A DNA stretch of 64,000 nt, taken from Alphaproteobacteria bacterium. GTDB lineage: Bacteria > Pseudomonadota > Alphaproteobacteria > UBA828. Positions 9,480 through 19,169 of this stretch are shown here, piece after piece. Below the pieces are notes generated by a model. The model saw only the letters and a list, made by a program, of their open reading frames with translations, did no database searches and was not told the DNA's origin. The first letter of the stretch is position 1. Each line of letters opens with the position of its first letter. Both the position numbers and the translations under genes were made by a program. Location: NCBI GenBank assembly GCA_965221125.1, contig CBDCRW010000004.1, forward strand, positions 64,001 to 128,000, read 5' to 3'.

Positions 9480-9541
9480 CCGCCTCCGCACGGGAGGCGG
9501 TGCGGAGGAACAAGGGGGCGGTCGCGCCGGGCGGCCGCCCC
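9480..9541. terminator. Two GC hairpins between convergent genes
   Basis: CCGCCTCC-N5-GGAGGCGG and GGGGCGGTCGC-N5-GCGGCCGCCCC; no U-tract. Confidence 0.4.
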
Positions 9542-9563
9542 GTCGCGCTCATGGGGTGAGGCT

Positions 9564-10157
9564 CTACACCCCCATGAAGCTGATCCAGCCGGTTACGATA
9601 TACTTCTCTTCCCGCGGCGCCACCTCGCCCCGGTGGGTGTGAGTGAAGCCCGCCGGCCAGATCACGGTCTTGCCCTTGGCCGGCGTGACGAGATGCTCCT
9701 GGAAGGTGAAGTAGGTGCCGCCGCCTTCCCTGATGTCGTTGAGGAAGGTCTGGAACGCCAGCACCCGGTGGCCGAGGTCGAGGCCGCTGCTCTCGTAGTG
9801 GGCGCCGTGGAAGGCGCCGCCCGGCTTGTAGTACTGCATCTGCGGCGGCTCCAGGAAGCCGAGCTTGTCCGATGCCTCGCCCAGCACCGGGAATGCGCGG
9901 AGGTAATCGCCGAGGCAGGCCATGACGTGGCCGCGGTAGGCGCGCACCGACTTGGCGTAGACCTCGTAGGGGAAACAGGTGAGGCTCGCGTCTTCGGAAT
10001 CCTTCCAGGCCTTGTCGACGCCCTTGGCGCTCGTCCCCGGCCGGGTGAGGCCGAGCCGGCGCGTTCGCTTGAAGCCCTTGATCAGCTCGTCGCAGAGCGC
10101 GGGCTTCTCGATCTCGTATTCCCTGATCCAGCGCATCCTCGGATCCTGACTCCGCAC
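9564..10157 (-). CDS. 2OG-Fe(II) oxygenase (prolyl-4-hydroxylase-like)
   Basis: QYYKPGG..HYE (HxE), FLNDI.EGGGT.F, IWPAGFTHTHRG, KYIVTGW; alternative start ATG 10136. Confidence 0.88.
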   Translation of the reverse strand: MRSQDPRMRWIREYEIEKPALCDELIKGFKRTRRLGLTRPGTSAKGVDKAWKDSEDASLTCFPYEVYAKSVRAYRGHVMACLGDYLRAFPVLGEASDKLGFLEPPQMQYYKPGGAFHGAHYESSGLDLGHRVLAFQTFLNDIREGGGTYFTFQEHLVTPAKGKTVIWPAGFTHTHRGEVAPREEKYIVTGWISFMGV

Positions 10158-10265
10158 ACGGTTGTTCGCACCCGCACACCTGCCGTCATACGCCTGCCGT
10201 CATGCACCTGCGCGCGGGCATTCTACGCGCGTCCATTCTAATTGCATTTGCATGCTCGGTGCCCC

Positions 10266-10293
10266 TTGCATGAGCAGCGCCTCATGGTATTGT
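10266..10293 (+). promoter_or_regulatory. Sigma70-like promoter with overlapping palindromic operator for the ABC operon
   Basis: TTGCAT-N16-TATTGT with TG extended -10; CATGAG-N6-CTCATG dyad at 10269-10286. Confidence 0.55.
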
Positions 10294-10407
10294 GCGCCGC
10301 GCAAAGGGAGTGTCGAAAGGCGCCGCGCCCGCGCGGCGCACCACCTTGGACAAACGACTGAGAACCGGGTCCGCACGTCTCGGCCCGGTACGAGAGGGAG
10401 GGTGCGC

Positions 10408-12021
10408 ATGTCGCATACCGACAAGAAAGAGCAGTTTACGAAGGAGCTTTACCGGCTCTGGTCGATGCACGCGGACCGGAAGAACTACAAGGTCTCGCGG
10501 CGTGACCTGATCAAGGGCATGGCCGGCCTCGGCCTCGGCGCCGGCGCCATCAAGATGCTCATGAACCAGGCGCCCTTCAGCGTGCGTCAGGCTTGGGCGG
10601 CCGAGGGTGCCACGCCCGAGGAGCGCGCCATCAACGGCGCCAAGGCGCTCTTCGACAGCGCCGAGAAGAAGACCATCAGCATCATGTACCCGTCGGGCTC
10701 CGGCGGTAACCTGTCGCCCTTCGTCGACGAGTGGAAGGGGCTCACCGGCTTCGATCTCGAGCTGATCGAGGTGCCGGTCACCGAGACCCACCAGAAGGCG
10801 ATGCAGGAAGCGGTGGCGAAGACGGGCCGTTACGACATCATGATCCCGGCGCCGCTCAGCCTCGCCGACCTCGCCGAATCCGGCGTGGCGCGTCCCCTCG
10901 ACGACTACATGGACAAGTACGATCCCGAGGTCTACTCGGGGCCGAACCAGCTCCAGTTCCCGGTGTCCGACTTCGGGCAGAAGTACAAGGGCAAGACCTA
11001 CGGCCTCTACTGCGACGGCGACTGGTGGCACCTCAGCTACCGCAAGGACAAGCTCGCCGAGAAGGGCCTGGCGCCGAAGTCGAAGCGCGAGATGGTCCAC
11101 ACCTGGGGCGAGTACGACGAGCTGTGCGCCACGATGCACGACCCGGACAACAACTTCTACGGCGCTCTCGAGTACCGCTCGCCGTTCTGGAACAAGTTCC
11201 ACTGGATGACGCGGGTCCAGTCGAAGGGCCACTTCTACTTCGACGAGGACATGAACTCGCTGGCCGACACGCCGCAGGGCATCGAGACGGTCAAGGAGCT
11301 GATCGCGCTGCAGGACATCATGCCGGCCGAGCAGTTCACCTACGGCTTCACCGAGAACTACGCGCAGTACTACGCGCAGGGCCGTGGCTTCTGCGAGTTC
11401 GGCTGGCCGTCGCTCTGGCGCTACAGCAACGACGCGGCGGGCTCCCAGTCGATCATCGCCGGCAAGGGCGAGGACGGCGAGCCCAACCAGACCGCCGTCT
11501 CCAAGGTGCCGGGCACCATGCACAACGGCGAGCTCATCCGCTCGTGCATCCACGCCTTCGCCTGGGACTTCGTGGTCAGCAACTACTCGCCGATCCAGGA
11601 AGCCGCGTACTGCTTCTCGCAGTGGATCACGGGGCCGACCATGTCGATGCGCTCGATCCCGAACGAGGGCGGCTACTTCGACCCGTGGCGCGACAACCAC
11701 TTCTTCGCTCCGTCGGCGGAGTTCTTCGCCGCCTATCCGGGCGATTTCCTGGCGACGCACGCCGAGGCGATCGTGGACGCGGTGCCGGAGATCCAGCTGC
11801 GCGGCGCGGCCGAGTACCTCAACGCGCTCGACGTCAATCTGACCGCGGCCTACAACGGCAACAAGTCGCCGGAAGAGGCCATGGAAGACACCGCCAAGGA
11901 GCAGAACCGCATCACGCGGCGTCTCGGCAAGGCGGAGCAGAAAGAGAGCTGGCACGGCCTGGCCAAGATGTATCCCGAGCCGCTGCAGAAGCTCGTCGGC
12001 GTCGACAAGTGGGTTCTGTAG
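10408..12021 (+). CDS. CUT1 (sugar-type) ABC transporter solute-binding protein with Tat signal
   Basis: SRRDLIK twin-arginine motif, AWA cleavage site, SBP family-1 layout; heads a permease-permease-ATPase-ATPase operon. Confidence 0.88.
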   Translation: MSHTDKKEQFTKELYRLWSMHADRKNYKVSRRDLIKGMAGLGLGAGAIKMLMNQAPFSVRQAWAAEGATPEERAINGAKALFDSAEKKTISIMYPSGSGGNLSPFVDEWKGLTGFDLELIEVPVTETHQKAMQEAVAKTGRYDIMIPAPLSLADLAESGVARPLDDYMDKYDPEVYSGPNQLQFPVSDFGQKYKGKTYGLYCDGDWWHLSYRKDKLAEKGLAPKSKREMVHTWGEYDELCATMHDPDNNFYGALEYRSPFWNKFHWMTRVQSKGHFYFDEDMNSLADTPQGIETVKELIALQDIMPAEQFTYGFTENYAQYYAQGRGFCEFGWPSLWRYSNDAAGSQSIIAGKGEDGEPNQTAVSKVPGTMHNGELIRSCIHAFAWDFVVSNYSPIQEAAYCFSQWITGPTMSMRSIPNEGGYFDPWRDNHFFAPSAEFFAAYPGDFLATHAEAIVDAVPEIQLRGAAEYLNALDVNLTAAYNGNKSPEEAMEDTAKEQNRITRRLGKAEQKESWHGLAKMYPEPLQKLVGVDKWVL

Positions 12022-12056
12022 TCCAGGCGTAACAGCACAACCGGACTACAGGTACC

Positions 12057-13043
12057 GTGGTTACGAAGACTGCGAACGGCGGCGTGTCCGCGCCTGCATT
12101 GCAGGCGCGGGCACGCCTGTTCGACCCCAACGACAAGCGCTACATCGGCATCCTCTTCATCACGCCGGTGCAGCTCTTGTTGATCACGATGCTGATTTTC
12201 CCCTTCGGCCTGGAGTTCTTCGTCGCGCTGACCGAGTGGCAGCCGACCTACGGAACCTCCATCTGGCATGCCGTGGGCACGGTGTTCTCCGGCGATGCCG
12301 AGCTCGGCCTCAATTACTATTACCTGGTGACGGACGAGCCGCGCTTCCTGGAGGCGCTGGGGCGGACGCTCGCCATATCGGTCTTGAGCCTCTGCCTCGA
12401 ATTCGTCATCGGGCTCGGGCTCGCCACGATTTTCCTTAAGTCATTCTGGGGCAAGCGCATCTGGTTCACCGCGCTGCTGACCCCGATGATGATCATGCCG
12501 GTCGTCGTCGGCTACACCTGGTTCATGCTGTTCCAGTACAGCGGTCCGGTCAATCAGGTGCTGGGCTGGATCGGCGGCACCTCTGCCGGCGCCGACCTGC
12601 AGTGGCTCAACAACGGCGTGCTGGCCTTCTTCGCCGTGGTCATCACCGAGGTCTGGCACTGGACGCCGCTGTTCTTCCTGATCCTGCTCTCCGGGCTGAA
12701 CGCGGTGCCGGAGAACCCGGTGCGCGCCGCGACCGTGCTCGGCGCCAGCAACTGGCGGATCTTCTGGACTGTCATCATGCCGAACATGCGGGGCGTCATC
12801 ATTATCGCCTTCGTGATCCGCGGCATGGAGGTCATCAAGCTCTTCGACGAGATCTACATCCTGACGCGCGGCGGCCCCGGCACGGCGACCGAGACCATGA
12901 GCCTCTATCTCTACAAGCTCGGCTTCCAGGACTTCCGTCTCGCCTACGCGGGCTCGGCAGGCTTCATCGTGCTGGTTATCACGGTGGTGATGATCAACAT
13001 GATGCTGAAGCCGATCCGCTACGAGTTGCTGGAGAAGCGTTAG
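12057..13043 (+). CDS. Carbohydrate ABC transporter permease (MalF-like)
   Basis: PMMIMPVVVG, EVWHWTP, EAA-like loop RAATVLGAS, FDEIYILTRGGPG. Confidence 0.93.
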   Translation: MVTKTANGGVSAPALQARARLFDPNDKRYIGILFITPVQLLLITMLIFPFGLEFFVALTEWQPTYGTSIWHAVGTVFSGDAELGLNYYYLVTDEPRFLEALGRTLAISVLSLCLEFVIGLGLATIFLKSFWGKRIWFTALLTPMMIMPVVVGYTWFMLFQYSGPVNQVLGWIGGTSAGADLQWLNNGVLAFFAVVITEVWHWTPLFFLILLSGLNAVPENPVRAATVLGASNWRIFWTVIMPNMRGVIIIAFVIRGMEVIKLFDEIYILTRGGPGTATETMSLYLYKLGFQDFRLAYAGSAGFIVLVITVVMINMMLKPIRYELLEKR

Positions 13044-13991
13044 ATGGGCGCGCGGAAGTTCGGCCCCGGCAGCGCGATCGGGCTCGCCTTCGGGCTGCTC
13101 TTCGCGGTGTTCCCGCTGTTCTGGATGGTGTCCACCTCCTTCAAGCCGTCCAACGAGTGGGTCACGACGCCGCCGGTGTGGGTGTCGGAGAACGGCACCG
13201 TCACCAACTATCTCGTCATTCTGTGGCCGTCCGTCCTGCTCGAGCAGCGGGGCGGTCTCGGCCAGTACACCGAGGAGGGCGAGGTCACCGCCCAGCGCGC
13301 GACCGAATCCGACGCGGTGAGCGGCGCGGTCGCCGACTTCCTCACCAAGTCGGCGTGGCAGTCGATCCGGGGCTCGGTCATCATTTCGGTGCTCTCGACC
13401 ATGCTGTCCATTGTGGTCGGCTTCATGGCCGCAATTGCCATCGCGCGATACCGATTCGGTGGCAACATCACGCCCTTCTTCATATTATCGGGGCGAATGT
13501 TCCCGCCCATTGCGATCGCCATCCCGTTCGTCGTGATGTTCAGCGCGCCGGGAATCGAGGCGACCGACTCCTACTGGGGCCTGATCCTGGCCTATGCCGC
13601 GGTCACCGTGCCCTTCTCCACCTGGATGCTGAAGAGCTTCATCGACGAGCTGCCTCAGGAGATCGAGGAAGCCGCGATGATGGACGGCATGTCGCGATGG
13701 GAGGCGCACATCAAGGTCACCGTGCCGCTCATCAAGGGCGGGCTGATCGCGACCTCGCTCTTCATCTTCATCCTCAACTGGAGCGAGTTCCTGTTCGCGC
13801 TGGTGCTGACCTACACCAACGTCGAGACCATTCCGGTGAAGCTGTCGAAGTACTTCAGCGCCACCTCGGGCCAGCAGTACGGCATTCAGGCCGCGCTCGC
13901 CTGCGTCTCGATCGTTCCGCTGGTCATCGTCGGCTTCTTCATCCAGCGCCATCTGGTGCGCGGCCTCACCCTCGGCGCGATCAAGCGTTAG
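13044..13991 (+). CDS. Carbohydrate ABC transporter permease (MalG-like)
   Basis: STSFKP, EAA loop EIEEAAMMDG, WSEFLFAL, QRHLVRGLTLGAIK. Confidence 0.94.
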   Translation: MGARKFGPGSAIGLAFGLLFAVFPLFWMVSTSFKPSNEWVTTPPVWVSENGTVTNYLVILWPSVLLEQRGGLGQYTEEGEVTAQRATESDAVSGAVADFLTKSAWQSIRGSVIISVLSTMLSIVVGFMAAIAIARYRFGGNITPFFILSGRMFPPIAIAIPFVVMFSAPGIEATDSYWGLILAYAAVTVPFSTWMLKSFIDELPQEIEEAAMMDGMSRWEAHIKVTVPLIKGGLIATSLFIFILNWSEFLFALVLTYTNVETIPVKLSKYFSATSGQQYGIQAALACVSIVPLVIVGFFIQRHLVRGLTLGAIKR

Positions 13992-13998
13992 CGGCACG

Positions 13999-15090
13999 AT
14001 GGCAAATATCAAGCTGGAGCTGGTGCAGCTCCGCAAGGAATTCGGCGACCTGATCGCCGTCGACGACATGTCCCTCGCCTGCGAGGAGGGCGAGACCATG
14101 GCGCTGCTGGGGCCGTCCGGCTGCGGCAAGTCGACCACGCTGAACATGATCGTGGGCCTCGAAGCGCCCACCGCGGGCGACATCCTGATCGACGGCAAGT
14201 CCGTGCTCGACACGCCGCCCGGTCAGCGCAACGTCGGCCTGGTGTTCCAGGACTACGCCGTCTTCACGCACATGAACGTCCGGCACAACCTGGAGTACGG
14301 GCTCCGCGTGCGCGGCATGAGCCGCCCGGACATGGAGCGCGAGGTGGCGAAGGTCGCGGCCTTCCTCAATCTCGGCCACCAGCTCGATAGCAAGCCCCTT
14401 GAGCTCGGCGCGAGCGAGCTGCAGCGCGTCGCCATCGGGCGCACCCTCGTGACCAACCCCGAGATCCTGCTGCTCGACGAGCCGCTCAGCAATCTCGAGG
14501 CCGAGATGCGCAACCAGATGCGCCGCGAGCTCCGCCGCATCCAAGCCGAGACGGGACAGACCATCATCTACGTGACCCACGACCAGATCGAGGCGCTCTC
14601 GCTCGCGCACCGTATCGCGGTCATGGATTTCGGCCAGCTCAAGCAGTACGACACGGCGCACAACGTCTACCACTATCCCGACAACACCTTCGTCGGCAGC
14701 TTCCTCGGCAATCCGCCGATGAACTTCGTGCGCGGGCAGTTCGGCCATGACGGCAACCGGCCCGTCGTGGCGCAGAACGGCTCCATCATTCCCGTGCCGC
14801 CGTCCAGCGCCGCGGGCCTGGGCGATGGCGCCGACGTGATCGTCGGCATGCGGCCGGAATCGATGGTGGTGGCGCAGGCGGACGACCCCGAAGCGTTCAA
14901 CGCCTCGGTCGTCGCGGTCGAGCCGCAGGGGCCGGAGACCGTTCTCACCGTGCGGGTCGGCCAGACCGACCTGAAGGTGATCGTGGAGACCGGCATGCAG
15001 GCCCACGAGGGCAGCGAGATCACAATCAGGCCGGACGCCGAGCTGCTGGCCATTTTCGACGCCGCCTCCGGCGTTCGCTTCAAGGCGTGA
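13999..15090 (+). CDS. MalK-like ABC ATPase 1 (degenerate signature motif)
   Basis: GPSGCGKST, LVFQDY, LLLDEP, VTHD; signature reads LGASE. Confidence 0.94.
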   Translation: MANIKLELVQLRKEFGDLIAVDDMSLACEEGETMALLGPSGCGKSTTLNMIVGLEAPTAGDILIDGKSVLDTPPGQRNVGLVFQDYAVFTHMNVRHNLEYGLRVRGMSRPDMEREVAKVAAFLNLGHQLDSKPLELGASELQRVAIGRTLVTNPEILLLDEPLSNLEAEMRNQMRRELRRIQAETGQTIIYVTHDQIEALSLAHRIAVMDFGQLKQYDTAHNVYHYPDNTFVGSFLGNPPMNFVRGQFGHDGNRPVVAQNGSIIPVPPSSAAGLGDGADVIVGMRPESMVVAQADDPEAFNASVVAVEPQGPETVLTVRVGQTDLKVIVETGMQAHEGSEITIRPDAELLAIFDAASGVRFKA

Positions 15091-15093
15091 GCC

Positions 15094-16191
15094 ATGGTCG
15101 AAACCCTCCTGGAGCTTCGCTCCGTCTCGAAGAACTTCGGCGCCGTGCAGGCGTTGAAGGACCTCAGCCTGGAGGTGCCGCGCGGCTCGCTGATCGTGCT
15201 GCTCGGCCCCGCCGGTGCCGGCAAGACCACGACCTTGCGCATCGTCGCCGGGCTCGAGGCGCCGACCTCGGGCGAGGTCTGGGTCGAGGGGCAGAACTTC
15301 ACCAGGCTGCAGCCCAACCGGCGCGACATCGCGATGATCTTCGACAATCTCGCGCTCTATCCCAACAAGACCGGGTACGAGAACGTCGCCTCCCCGCTGC
15401 GGCTCGCCAGGATGCCGAAGGCCGACATCGAGAAGCGGGTCGACGAGATCGCGGGGCTGCTGAAGATCGGCCACATCCTCGACCGCCTGCCCGCCACCTT
15501 CAGCGGCGGCGAGCGGCAGCGCGTGGCCCTCGGCCGCGCCATGGTGCGGGAGCCGCGCTTCTACCTGCTGGACGAGCCGCTCTCGAGCCTCGACTTCATG
15601 CTCCGCATCGAGCTCAGGACCGAGCTGAAGCGCCTGCAGCGCGACCTCGGCCGCACCTTCGTCTTCGCGACGCCTGACTACACCGAGGCGCTGGCGCTGG
15701 CGGACACCGTCTGCGTGCTGCTGGAAGGCGAGGTGCGCCAGATCGCCAAGGCGCAGGAGCTCTACGACGAGCCGGCGGACCGCGACGTGGCCCGCTTCGT
15801 CGGCAACCCCAAGATCAATATCGTGCCCGGCCGCCTCTCGCGCGAGAACGGCGCGGCCCATCTTTCCATCGGCTCGATGAACCTGCCGCTGCCCGATCGC
15901 ATGGAGCACGGCCTGCCGGCGCACATGAGCGAGGTCGAGGTGGGGCTCCGGCCCGAGCACGTCCGGATCGTGGCGTCCTCCTCCGAGGAGACGCACCGCA
16001 CCGGCATCGTCAACGACCTCGAGCCGCTGGGCATGCACACGACGGTCGGCATCGACCTCTCGGGCATCAACCTGGCGCTCACCGTGGCCGGCGTGCAGGA
16101 GTTCAACGACGGCGACCGGGTCGAGGTGCATCTCGATACCGAGACCCTGCTGTTCTTCGACCCCGTCTCAGGGCGGCGCGTCGGAAACTAG
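15094..16191 (+). CDS. MalK-like ABC ATPase 2 (degenerate Q- and H-loops)
   Basis: GPAGAGKTT, FSGGERQ, LLDEP; Q-loop MIFDN, H-loop ATPD. Confidence 0.94.
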   Translation: MVETLLELRSVSKNFGAVQALKDLSLEVPRGSLIVLLGPAGAGKTTTLRIVAGLEAPTSGEVWVEGQNFTRLQPNRRDIAMIFDNLALYPNKTGYENVASPLRLARMPKADIEKRVDEIAGLLKIGHILDRLPATFSGGERQRVALGRAMVREPRFYLLDEPLSSLDFMLRIELRTELKRLQRDLGRTFVFATPDYTEALALADTVCVLLEGEVRQIAKAQELYDEPADRDVARFVGNPKINIVPGRLSRENGAAHLSIGSMNLPLPDRMEHGLPAHMSEVEVGLRPEHVRIVASSSEETHRTGIVNDLEPLGMHTTVGIDLSGINLALTVAGVQEFNDGDRVEVHLDTETLLFFDPVSGRRVGN

Positions 16192-16284
16192 CCGGGCCGC
16201 GCGACGGCTTCCCCGTCTCCGGCGCATGGCCGCCGGGTGCGCTGGCCCGTATCATCAGGGTCGCAGACGAGGGAGTGATCCACC

Positions 16285-17136
16285 ATGCCGAAGACCGCAC
16301 GCGCCGAGGCGCCAACACTAAGCGTCGAAGACGAGATCACACAAGCGGCGATCGAGCGCCTGCACGAGGGCGGCGAGGGTCGGCTGCAGGACATCATGAT
16401 CAGCTTGACCCGTCACCTGCACGGCTTCATCCGCGACGTCGAGCCCACGGAGGAAGAGTGGATGGCCGCCATCCGCTTCCTGACCGCAACCGGCAAGAAG
16501 TGCGACGACCAGCGGCAGGAGTTCATCCTGCTCTCGGACACGCTCGGCGCGTCGATGCTGATCGACGCGATCAACAACCGGAAGCCCGAGGGCGCGACCG
16601 AGAGCAGCGTGCTGGGCCCGTTCTATCAGGAGGGCGCGCCGGCCTACGACAATGGCGCGGACCTGGCGGACGAGACGACCGGCGGCGACCCCGTTCTGGT
16701 CTCCGGCAAGGTGGTCGATCTCGACGGCGCGCCGATCCCCGGCGCCGTGCTCGATATCTGGCAGACCGCGCCGGATGCCGTCTACGCGGCCCAGGACCCG
16801 GCCGGGTCGTTCAACCTGTGCGGCCGCATCACCACCGAAGATGACGGGCGCTACTGGTTCCGCACGCGCAAGCCCGTGAGCTACACGGTCCCCGGCGACG
16901 GCCCGGTCGGCGCCATGCTGGATGCCGCCGGCCGCCACAACTGGCGCCCCGCCCATATCCATTTCATGCTCTCGGCGGCGGGATACGAGACGCTGGTGAC
17001 CCAGCTCTTCACCGACGACGATCCTTACCTCGACACCGATGCCGTGTTCGGCGTCAAGGATTCCCTCATCGTCCACTACGAGCCGGGCGAGGACGGGCTC
17101 CGCCTCGACCACGATTTCGTCATGACGGCGGCGTAG
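16285..17136 (+). CDS. Intradiol ring-cleavage dioxygenase (hydroxyquinol/catechol 1,2-dioxygenase family)
   Basis: RQEFILLSDTLG, TESSVLGPFY, iron ligands Y (AVYAAQ), Y (PVSY) and RPAHIHF, YLDTDAVFGVK. Confidence 0.93.
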   Translation: MPKTARAEAPTLSVEDEITQAAIERLHEGGEGRLQDIMISLTRHLHGFIRDVEPTEEEWMAAIRFLTATGKKCDDQRQEFILLSDTLGASMLIDAINNRKPEGATESSVLGPFYQEGAPAYDNGADLADETTGGDPVLVSGKVVDLDGAPIPGAVLDIWQTAPDAVYAAQDPAGSFNLCGRITTEDDGRYWFRTRKPVSYTVPGDGPVGAMLDAAGRHNWRPAHIHFMLSAAGYETLVTQLFTDDDPYLDTDAVFGVKDSLIVHYEPGEDGLRLDHDFVMTAA

Positions 17137-17470
17137 CGGTGAAGGCAGCCCGTCCCGGTCTCGATTTCGGGCGGCAAACCTGAGAATTCCGGTGTCGATC
17201 GGCTTCGGACAGCCGGTCTTGTGGACGGCCGGCGACTCGACGGTGTCACGTGCGCGTCAACCTGCCGTCGCGCAGTGCCCGCCGCCTGATTCCGTTCGGA
17301 ATCTTCTATCTCTCTGATCAAAAACGACTATTTCCATTGTTCATGCGTTCGCTCAGGCGGCGGCTGGACATGGCGCCGCGTGCTGCCCAAGATAAACCAC
17401 CGCGAGTCGTACCGTCGCGCGGAGACCAACAACGACGCGGTGCGCGGCACCACAAGGTATGGGGAGCGCT

Positions 17471-18877
17471 ATGGGTGATCCTGTCGATGCCTTGACAACA
17501 ATTTTCACCGAATCCTACTACTGGATCACGGTGGTCATGATGTTCCTCATTCACGCCGGGTTCTGCACCTACGAGGTGGGCGCATCCCGGCGCAAGAATG
17601 TTCTCCACACGTTGATGAAGAACACGATGCTGATCCCGTTGGTCACCGTCACGTTCTTCTTCTTCGGTTGGTATGTTTATTTCTCATTTCCCAACGTGCC
17701 GTTCGCATCCGGAGGCTTCACGCCCGCGTCATGGGCCGAGCCCTGGAACGAGGCCATGGGAACGAACATGCAGGATCGCATTAATGGCGTCTTCTGGGCC
17801 GCGTTCCTGCTCTTCTCATGGACAACGGCCTCCATTGTCTCCGGCGCGGTGATCGAGCGTATCAAGACCGGCGCATTCCTTATCTTCGCGGTCCTGATCG
17901 GCTCCTTCACCTGGATCCTCGACGCGGCCTGGGGCTGGCACCCGGGCGGCTGGATGGTCCAGATCCTCGGCTATCACGATGCCTACGCATCCGGTGTGGT
18001 TCACGCCATCGCCGGCGGCTCGGCACTCGCGATCCTCACCGTGCTGGGGCCGCGCATCGGCAAGTTCGGGCCGAACGGGGAAGTGAACGAGATCAAGCCG
18101 CACAACCCCTGGCTGGTCACGGTCGGGCTGTTCCTGATCTTCACCGGCTTCTGGGGCTTCTATGCGGCCTGCAACGTGCCGATCATCGACATCGGCGGCG
18201 AGGCGGGGACCTTCTTCTCGGCAACCAACATCTATCTGATGCCGACGACGCTGTCCGCCATCGTCTTCAACTTCCTGATGTCCTTCTCGGGCGGCCTGAT
18301 GACGGCCTACATCGTCAGCAAGGGCGATCCGTTCTGGACCTACTCTGGCGGCCTCGGCGGCATCATTGCTGCCTCTGCCGGCAACGACCTCTATCACCCG
18401 TTGCAGGCGCTCTTCATCGGTGGGGCCGGCGTGGTGGTCATGATCTTCCTGCACCGTTGGGTCGAGCGGCGATTCAAGATCGACGACGCAGTCGGCGCGG
18501 TCGCCGTCCACGGTTACGCCGGGTTCTTCGGCGTCGTCGTGGCCGGGTTCGTGCTTTGGGGCTATCCGGCCGCCGCACCCATGTTCGGCGACTACGAGGC
18601 CCGCGAGGCGTCGATCGCGCTGTTCACCACCCCGGAGGGTTATCCGCAGATCAATCCGGTGGGTAACATCCTCGGGGCCATCATCATGTTCTGGGTGCTG
18701 GGCTTTATCCCCTGCTACGTCCTCGCCAGGATCCTGCAGTACTTCAACATGCTGCGGGTGCCGCGCGAGGTGGAGCTGGCGGGTCTGGATACGCATCAAC
18801 TCGGCGATGCCTATCCCTACCATGCACACCAGGAAACGGCGTTCGAGAAGATCGAGCGCACCTACGCCAAGGAATAG
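17471..18877 (+). CDS. Amt-family ammonium/methylammonium transporter (atypical subfamily)
   Basis: IVSGAVIER, DAYASGVVH, LGPRIGKF, IDDAVGAVAVHG (twin His retained); GGGGAG SD. Confidence 0.92.
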   Translation: MGDPVDALTTIFTESYYWITVVMMFLIHAGFCTYEVGASRRKNVLHTLMKNTMLIPLVTVTFFFFGWYVYFSFPNVPFASGGFTPASWAEPWNEAMGTNMQDRINGVFWAAFLLFSWTTASIVSGAVIERIKTGAFLIFAVLIGSFTWILDAAWGWHPGGWMVQILGYHDAYASGVVHAIAGGSALAILTVLGPRIGKFGPNGEVNEIKPHNPWLVTVGLFLIFTGFWGFYAACNVPIIDIGGEAGTFFSATNIYLMPTTLSAIVFNFLMSFSGGLMTAYIVSKGDPFWTYSGGLGGIIAASAGNDLYHPLQALFIGGAGVVVMIFLHRWVERRFKIDDAVGAVAVHGYAGFFGVVVAGFVLWGYPAAAPMFGDYEAREASIALFTTPEGYPQINPVGNILGAIIMFWVLGFIPCYVLARILQYFNMLRVPREVELAGLDTHQLGDAYPYHAHQETAFEKIERTYAKE

Positions 18878-18886
18878 GAGGCAAAG

Positions 18887-19144
18887 ATGGCTTCGACCGG
18901 CTTGGACACGTTTGCCAATCCCGCCGACATCGGTGCCATGTATCCTGGTGTGGGCGCCGAAACGGCAATGCTCGGGGTCCTCGTGGCCCTCTGGGTGGGC
19001 TGGCACTTCTTCCAGATCCACCAGGAGGAAAGCGAGTATCGCGAGGCGGTGAAGCTATATCGTGAGGTCGGCATGGAGCGCGCCATGCACCATGCGACCG
19101 GCTCCATCGCGACGGCGGACGAGGTTCAGATCAGCAAGACCTGA
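18887..19144 (+). CDS. Small single-TM protein co-transcribed with amt
   Basis: GGAGG SD, 9 bp after the amt stop, one hydrophobic helix ending WVGWHFFQI, followed by a terminator. Confidence 0.8.
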   Translation: MASTGLDTFANPADIGAMYPGVGAETAMLGVLVALWVGWHFFQIHQEESEYREAVKLYREVGMERAMHHATGSIATADEVQISKT

Positions 19145-19169
19145 CCTCTCGCTACCGTCAATCCAGTAC

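Noticed and set aside
17371-17386. TGGC...TGC resembling a sigma54 promoter before amt
   Set aside because: The GG-to-GC spacing is 11 nt rather than the strict 10 nt.
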